33,640 nucleotides of DNA, taken from NCBI GenBank assembly GCA_045862955.1, contig BTVI01000035.1, positions 1 to 33,640 of the forward strand. Reading direction: 5' to 3'. Position numbers and translations under genes: made by a program. Origin of the DNA: Fimbriimonadales bacterium (lineage in GTDB: Bacteria > Armatimonadota > Fimbriimonadia > Fimbriimonadales > JABRVX01). Under the pieces are notes generated by a model. It was not told the DNA's origin, made no database searches, and was given only the letters and a program-made list of their open reading frames with translations. Below, one piece after another: positions 28,208-33,640 of this stretch. How positions within the stretch are numbered: position 1 is the stretch's first letter; the number at the start of each line of letters is the position of its first letter.

Positions 28208-29197
28208 TTAGCGGTATGATGCCGGCGTTGATCCACTTCTTAGTGCCGATAGGCGCACGTGTACCTCGGCCGTATCCTGATACTTGCCGTCTGGGAGGAT
28301 GACCACCTGATCCACATAGCGCCTTTCGAGCTTCACGGCGAGCGCCTGCATTCTCCCGGGCACTGCCTTAGGCTGAGGCTCCCTAAGGTCATCTCGGTGC
28401 ATTCCCTCGCGTCCCTCGAGGTAGTAGTACGGGTCCCACTCGTCTACGGGTATCACTTCGACGGGCACCGGTTTATCGAACTCGACGCGCCACGGGGGTT
28501 GCTCTGCCGAAGCGTAGCCGGTAGGCGCAACGCTGCGGCCCTCTGAGCTGGAGTACGGGTCCAGCGAGAAGTAGATCCGCCTTACAGACGAGAGGGCGGT
28601 TGCGATACGGCTGCGCCAGTTAACAGGAACTGCACCGCTCCATGAATTCCAGCTCTCGGATGGACGCCTGGACTTCACGCCGATGGCGATGAGCCGCCAC
28701 GAACCGGGGCGCAGCCGCATGTCTTCCGAAGGCGTCAGCCCGACCGCGCCCTCCTGCTCGGCATCGGTGAGTCCCAAGGGGATGTGCCTCCGGGCCCGAG
28801 AGAACATCTCATGTCCGATCGTGTGCGACATCAGTCTTTCCCATCACGCGAGGCCTACGCGGCCGTCGCGCAGCCCGACAGCGAATGGGGTCGTACGGGC
28901 TGGAAGGAGGTCAGCAGTCCCGGGCTCGAATCGGAGGTAAGGGATGGGCGCGTGAAATGCGGTGAAGACCCATTTGGTCAGCTCGGGGTCGTAGTCCCCT
29001 CGGAAGAGGTACTGACCGATCAGGAACCACTCGATGTCGTCTTGGCTCTTCGGTGTCAGTTCCTTCGGAACCAAGGGACCCTCCTTGCGCTCGACACGCT
29101 GGATGTTTCCTCCCGAGGTCGTGCCGCACCCGAAAGGCCCGCACGTGACGGCTAGGCTTAGGATGGCGACCCCGACGAGCAGTCGTCTGACACTCAT
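28208..29197 (-). pseudogene. Paralog of the 30384..31397 partner protein, split by one in-frame TGA (28844-28846)
   Basis: Track ORFs 28844..29248 and 28208..28831 share a frame (..GRVGLA*WERLMSH..). Shared blocks: GPL, EW, PFAVGLR.G.V.LA, D..LRP..W, V.F.KPVPV..P, W.P.Y, LP...D..EV. GGAGG SD before ATG 29197. Confidence 0.8.
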
Positions 29198-29216
29198 GTC
29201 ACACCACCTCCCAGTC

Positions 29217-30230
29217 CTACTGTCGAAGATGCTGCATCTTGAAATCACCGTAGTACGGACCGGAGCCTCGGTCCGTGTCGCTGAACACGCGAATGTTGTA
29301 GTACGGAGGGCTGTCCTTGAGCCACAGCTTAGGATCGTCCCAGACTATGGTAGGTGGCCGACCAGGGAACTCCGACCGGACGTCGTGCTCGCTTTGGAGG
29401 TTCAGCCACGTCATCACCTCTCCGACCGTCCACTTCGTGCCGCCCTGGCCATCAGGCTCCGAGAATCGCTCGAAGAAAGCCTGAACCATGTTCAAATAGG
29501 TAGGATGCGAATCTCGAGCATGCGCGTACCCATAGAAGCCCATGTAGAATGAGGGATCGAGCCTGTACTCGGGTCGCTGAATCTCAAAGCCCTCCGCGAG
29601 ATCGTTCATCGCGTGAGGGACGACGTTGCGCCAAGCATTCGGGTCCTTGAGGTAGTCAACGACAACTCCGCCCTTGTGGCGCCCAGAGCCGCAAGCATGG
29701 ATCCATACCAGTCGAAGCTTGCCAGGCTCGATGTGGAGCTGCTCCAACTCCGACTTGTCGACTGCCATATACCCCCATAGCGGGCTCACTGGCCTTTCGG
29801 TGCCGTGCAGGGGTGGGCGCCGCCGGATATCGAAGTATGTGGGGCCATTCGGGTCCGCCAGCGTTACATTGTGCGTACCATGGCCGACGTAGAAGAACAT
29901 GCGGAGTCGGTCTGACTTCAACGCGGAGGCGACTCCTTGGTAGCGGTTGTCAGGGCCATAGTCCTCCCAATACGCATTGCCAGGGTTGAACCCCTTGACG
30001 GAGACGCCCGCCCTCTTGCATGCCTGTCGAACATGTCGAACAAACTCGTACCCCCGCAGCGCAGGGTCACCACCCTCACGGCGGTGGAGGAACCTATTGA
30101 CGATGATGGCCCTGGGCTCCGCTACGCTGCACGCCTCCAGGCTCTCTGGCGCGCTGGGAGAGACGGGTGGTACCTTGTTCCAGAGCGTGACGATGAAGGC
30201 ATGGGTCGAGTCGTCCACAGGATCACTCAT
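29217..30230 (-). CDS. Orphan copy of the C-terminal His-Gly/Ala-Cys domain of 31417..33228; no stalk, no signal peptide
   Basis: Colinear similarity: ACKR.G.SVK.F.PGNAYW.DYGPD, HG.HNV, LRLVW..ACGSGR, LKDP..W, SPP.YNIRVF.D. Confidence 0.85.
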   Translation of the reverse strand: MSDPVDDSTHAFIVTLWNKVPPVSPSAPESLEACSVAEPRAIIVNRFLHRREGGDPALRGYEFVRHVRQACKRAGVSVKGFNPGNAYWEDYGPDNRYQGVASALKSDRLRMFFYVGHGTHNVTLADPNGPTYFDIRRRPPLHGTERPVSPLWGYMAVDKSELEQLHIEPGKLRLVWIHACGSGRHKGGVVVDYLKDPNAWRNVVPHAMNDLAEGFEIQRPEYRLDPSFYMGFYGYAHARDSHPTYLNMVQAFFERFSEPDGQGGTKWTVGEVMTWLNLQSEHDVRSEFPGRPPTIVWDDPKLWLKDSPPYYNIRVFSDTDRGSGPYYGDFKMQHLRQ

Positions 30231-30239
30231 TCAGCCACC

Positions 30240-30314
30240 TCACCGCAGGTCGGACATTTTCAGCCCGCCGTAGTACTGAGCCGTCCCGCGCCACAGGGCG
30301 TCCGTGAAGACGCG
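30240..30314 (-). pseudogene. 24-codon C-terminal remnant of a third allele of the same domain
   Basis: Translates RVFTDALWRGTAQYYGGLKMSDLR*, versus RVFTDSLWGGTSLYYGGLKMSDMR* at the end of 31417..33228. Confidence 0.9.
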
Positions 30315-30383
30315 GCTGCCAAAGTTCTACATGTCATGTGTCCATCTCCGGGGCGCGCCAGCAGGCAGATGTGGAGCGAATCG

Positions 30384-31397
30384 TCAACGCATGCCATCCG
30401 GGGTTGCAGAGGATGCGGAGACGGCGACGCCACACAACCAGTCATCGGCCCCCAAGGAACGCAGGTACACCTCACACTGATCCTCGAATGCCGTAGGAAG
30501 GACGAGTGCCTCCTGGACATTCACAACGCGAGGTTCGATCAGCGGAGAGAGCGCGGGCACGCTATTCCTTGTTGGCCTACAACGCTCGCCCTCTCGTCGC
30601 ACCCAGGCAAAATACAGGGGATTCCACCGCAGTGGCACGATCGTAACGGGCACCGGCTTGCCGAATCGAACGAGGTAACCCTCGCCGGTGCGCCGTGCCC
30701 GCTCCCTACCGCTCGCCGCGTGCGAAGGGGTTAAGTACCCAGTGCAGTCGATGTTGCTGGAGCCGTCGGCGGGAACGAGGTACATCGCAGGGATCCGTGC
30801 CAGCCAGCTCTCAAGGTGCGACTCGAGGCGATGGTCCGACTTCGTCGGCTGCCACGTATCAGAACCTGGATCGTAGGCCTCTACGACGCTCCAACCTGCG
30901 GGCCTCAGCAGCAGGTCTTGCGACGCAACCATGAGCACGTGGCGCGCGGCAGGGTGCTGACCATCGGGTACGTCTGGAGGCAGAAACCTGTCGAGCTTGG
31001 GCCCTAGATCGTCGTCTCTGAGAACTCGGACCTCGTCGGCCAGCAACACGTTACCTGAGCGCAAGCCTACGGCAAACGGCCACGACTCCACCGGCCACGG
31101 GTCCCTCTGAGGATCCCAAGGCTCTGGCATCAGGTCCGTTGCGTCCCCTTCGAGCATGTGGACCAGTTGGGCCGAAGCCAGCGGATAGTCTTCGGGGCGC
31201 CAGAGGAGTCGTCGGAACAGGATCCACTCGACGTCGCGCTCGCTAGGTGGAGTGACCCCTGGCTGTAGCAGTGGCCCCTTTACGTTGAGCGGGTCGGTCT
31301 GCACGCGATCCGAATCCCGGTTCCACCAATACCAACCAGTAGCCACTATGACCGCAAGCACTATTGCGGAAGATGCTATAAGCATTGCACGAGACAT
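30384..31397 (-). CDS. Hypothetical protein with one N-terminal membrane anchor; candidate immunity/partner protein
   Basis: MSRAMLIASSAIVLAVIVATGWYWW; GAGG SD; starts 19 nt after the upstream stop; has a paralog at 28208-29197. Confidence 0.8.
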   Translation of the reverse strand: MSRAMLIASSAIVLAVIVATGWYWWNRDSDRVQTDPLNVKGPLLQPGVTPPSERDVEWILFRRLLWRPEDYPLASAQLVHMLEGDATDLMPEPWDPQRDPWPVESWPFAVGLRSGNVLLADEVRVLRDDDLGPKLDRFLPPDVPDGQHPAARHVLMVASQDLLLRPAGWSVVEAYDPGSDTWQPTKSDHRLESHLESWLARIPAMYLVPADGSSNIDCTGYLTPSHAASGRERARRTGEGYLVRFGKPVPVTIVPLRWNPLYFAWVRREGERCRPTRNSVPALSPLIEPRVVNVQEALVLPTAFEDQCEVYLRSLGADDWLCGVAVSASSATPDGMR

Positions 31398-31416
31398 CTG
31401 ATACCTCTCTTGTCCG

Positions 31417-33228
31417 CTAGCGCATGTCGGACATCTTTAGTCCGCCGTAGTAGAGGGACGTCCCGCCCCACAAGCTATCCGTGAAGACACGGATGTTGTA
31501 AAATGGTGGACTATTCATTAGCCAGAGCTGCCCTTGGTACCAATCGTGGGCAGGAGGCCCCTGGAAGTCGGACGTTACTTCTGACCTACCGCTCAGCCAC
31601 TGCATGACCTGACCGATGGTGTAAGTTGTCTGATAGGGCACTCCACTGCCCTCCGAGAAACGTTGAAAGAACAATCGCACCATGTCAATGTATGGCCCCG
31701 CATCCATGTACATCATCCCGAAGTAGCCCATGTAGTAGCATGCAGGATCGCCCACATAGTAGTCCGGATCGCTACCGCCCCAGAACCAGTATGCCATGTC
31801 GTTCGCGTTGCTCATGGACACTTTTGTCCAGGACTCGGGGTCCTTAAGGTTCCCTTCGTTGATACTAGCGTAACGCCTACCGCTGCCGCATGCGTCAACC
31901 CAGACTAGCCGGAGCCTCGGCGGATCCCAGGGAAGGCCCAGAGCCTGAATATCCGAATTTCGAACGGAGATCACACCCTTCGCGGCCTTCGGGTCCAACG
32001 CGAGCGGTCCCGGCTCGCTCCGCATCACGAAGCTGGTGGTTCCAGGATCAGGATATCTCACGTTGTGGTTGCCGTGGGTGAATATGTACACCATGCGTGT
32101 CCCGCTCGATTTGATCCAGCTGGCGACGCCTGGCGTCATGCCGTCAGGTCCGTAGTCCCGCCAATAGGCGTTGCCAGGCTGGAAGACCTTTACTGATAGG
32201 CCAACTCGCTTGCACGCAGCACGAATATGAGCAATCCTAGCGTACCCAGACATCATGGGCCCTACGTCGTGGTGCATGGCGTTCACTAATATCGCTCTTG
32301 CCTGGCCCAGACCAACCCTGCTCACTTCCAGTCGCTTTGGCTTGGTCTTGGGCTGGCCGGGTTTGTCAATCAACGTCACGACGAAGCGGTAGGTGTCGTC
32401 CTCGACCCCTGCACCGTACATGTGGGTGCCATCCCACTGGTAGGTCACGGCCGCGTCAGGGGACAGAGAAGTCCATGTCTTCACCACGTTCAGAGTGGCA
32501 TGCTCCACCACGTCCACGCGGAACCGTTGCGGTGCCTTCAGCTTGCACGCGAAGAGCACCGTCTCCAACATGTCCGGGTTGATCTCCGGCACACTCAACG
32601 TGGCCACCGAGAACTCGTTGTCGAACGTCATCGGGGTGATGTCCGAGAAGCCGTAGCGCTTCTGTTCGTCCCAAACCACCACCACCGCCGCGCGGAGGCC
32701 GTTGCGCCCGCACTCCGAGTCGTAGGACAGTGAAGGCTGCGCTTTGCCCGAGAAGTCCACGTACTCCCCGTCCAAACACAACGCCAACCCCTCCACACCC
32801 TGGGAGAAGGCCGACAGATTCGCCCACACGGCACCGGAAGCCTGAGACGTTCCCGTCTCCGAAGTCAACGTCGCGCTGCACGTCGGGTTCTGCGCAGTCG
32901 GCGTGAGCACCACCTCCGGCGAGAAGGCCGTCTCCCCGCCGCTCGCGTTCAGCACGCACGCCTTGTAGGTGTACGTAGTGCCGTTGGTTGCCGAGGTGTC
33001 CAGAAACAGCCGCATCGGGGTCTCTCCGACGAGCGAGTAGTTGCCCCCGCCCGCCTTCCTATAGACGCGATTGCTATGGCATGGGTCACAACAGGAGCTT
33101 CTCTGCGATAAAGGGACGTCTTCTTTGGAGGCCGGCCAGAACTCCAGGCTGACGGTGCCGGAGACGGCGGTGACGCCCCACAGGCTAGAGGGAAGCGGGA
33201 GCCCTACGAGGGCCGTACCCCCCTCCAC
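31417..33228 (-). CDS. Fn3/Ig/FlgD-like stalk plus C-terminal caspase/gingipain-like domain; 5' end possibly frameshifted (SD-led ATG at 33239)
   Basis: RVYRK...FLDTSATNGTTYTYK (Fn3-like), LCLDGEYV, YQWDGT...VEDDTYRFVV (FlgD-Ig-like), MVYIFTHG and LVWVDACGSG. Confidence 0.78.
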   Translation of the reverse strand: MEGGTALVGLPLPSSLWGVTAVSGTVSLEFWPASKEDVPLSQRSSCCDPCHSNRVYRKAGGGNYSLVGETPMRLFLDTSATNGTTYTYKACVLNASGGETAFSPEVVLTPTAQNPTCSATLTSETGTSQASGAVWANLSAFSQGVEGLALCLDGEYVDFSGKAQPSLSYDSECGRNGLRAAVVVVWDEQKRYGFSDITPMTFDNEFSVATLSVPEINPDMLETVLFACKLKAPQRFRVDVVEHATLNVVKTWTSLSPDAAVTYQWDGTHMYGAGVEDDTYRFVVTLIDKPGQPKTKPKRLEVSRVGLGQARAILVNAMHHDVGPMMSGYARIAHIRAACKRVGLSVKVFQPGNAYWRDYGPDGMTPGVASWIKSSGTRMVYIFTHGNHNVRYPDPGTTSFVMRSEPGPLALDPKAAKGVISVRNSDIQALGLPWDPPRLRLVWVDACGSGRRYASINEGNLKDPESWTKVSMSNANDMAYWFWGGSDPDYYVGDPACYYMGYFGMMYMDAGPYIDMVRLFFQRFSEGSGVPYQTTYTIGQVMQWLSGRSEVTSDFQGPPAHDWYQGQLWLMNSPPFYNIRVFTDSLWGGTSLYYGGLKMSDMR

Positions 33229-33283
33229 AACTTCGTCATGCTAAACTCCTTTGTGCCCAAGACTTCGTTTTCGGCACGACATC

Positions 33284-33312
33284 ACTATAGCAAAACTCCC
33301 AGCCCCTGCCAA
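33284..33312 (-). promoter_or_regulatory. Putative sigma70 promoter for the 33.2-28.2 kb locus
   Basis: Minus strand TTGGCA-N17-TATAGT with extended-10 TG, followed by AGGAG SD and ATG 33239. Confidence 0.6.
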
Positions 33313-33500
33313 TCCCTGTGCCGAAGATTGCGATGGCACAAATGGGCGGCGCACTCTAGTCAGCCTCAGGGGTCACGATGGCTTGCTACCTTCATGCCGT
33401 TGCCGCTTGCGGTGGAGGGCACAGAGCTAGCCAATCTGCAATCCGCAGAGCCTCCACCTCAAGCGGCGTGGGCATCGAATGGTGCAGCGACGCCACTCGA

Positions 33501-33605
33501 CCCCCTCACCCCAGCCCTCTCCCCCGGAGCGGGGGAGAGGGAGCGACCCTTCCGAATGCGCGTCGTGTCCGCTCTCCCTCTCCCCCGAGGACGGGGAAGG
33601 GGGAG
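33501..33605. repeat. REP-like palindromes of the CCCTCACCCC..CCCTCTCCC...GGGAGAGGG type, two copies
   Basis: Perfect 12-bp stem CCCTCTCCCCCG-GAG-CGGGGGAGAGGG (33515-33541); imperfect copy 33574-33605. Confidence 0.8.
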
Positions 33606-33640
33606 CCACCCGAGGGGTACGACGTGATCCGCTGGCCCTC

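Noticed and set aside
28844..28846. Selenocysteine recoding of the in-frame TGA
   Set aside because: The aligned residue in the paralog is Asp, not Cys; only a weak downstream hairpin; Mvh/Hdr proteins here use Cys throughout.
28208..33228. Prophage, integron or diversity-generating retroelement origin for the paralog locus
   Set aside because: No integrase, reverse transcriptase, phage genes or attC-like sites; differences between the remnant and A1 are not adenine-restricted.
33238..33627. ORFs 33238..33627 (+) and 33427..33609 (-)
   Set aside because: Span a promoter region and REP-like palindromes (PLTPALSP-type translation); no coding evidence.

Overview
GC-rich bacterial chromosomal segment; the taxon cannot be fixed from this window. 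From left to right it holds: (1) a minus-strand run of aldo/keto reductase, Wzx-like flippase, RmlC-like epimerase and RNase J (cut by the left edge and missing from the ORF track); (2) an 11-gene minus-strand operon hdrC-hdrB-hdrA-mvhD-mvhG-mvhA-maturation protease-hypF-hypC-hypD-hypE (heterodisulfide-reductase-linked group 3c [NiFe]-hydrogenase), preceded by a sigma70-like promoter with a Rex-like operator; (3) an aspartase, an alpha/beta-hydrolase lipoprotein lying between two modular palindromic-repeat arrays, an M1-like protein lacking its catalytic motifs, an SDR, an FAH-family hydrolase, a matrixin-like protease and a PatA-like aminotransferase; (4) at 28.2-33.3 kb an uncharacterised locus with polymorphic effector/immunity-like architecture. 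That locus comprises an Fn3/Ig-stalk protein ending in a His-Gly/Ala-Cys (caspase/gingipain-like) domain, a membrane-anchored partner, a 24-aa remnant of a third allele, an orphan copy of the C-terminal domain and a second, nonsense-interrupted partner. It is the best candidate for an undescribed system. All calls are from motif reading by eye; no searches were run.
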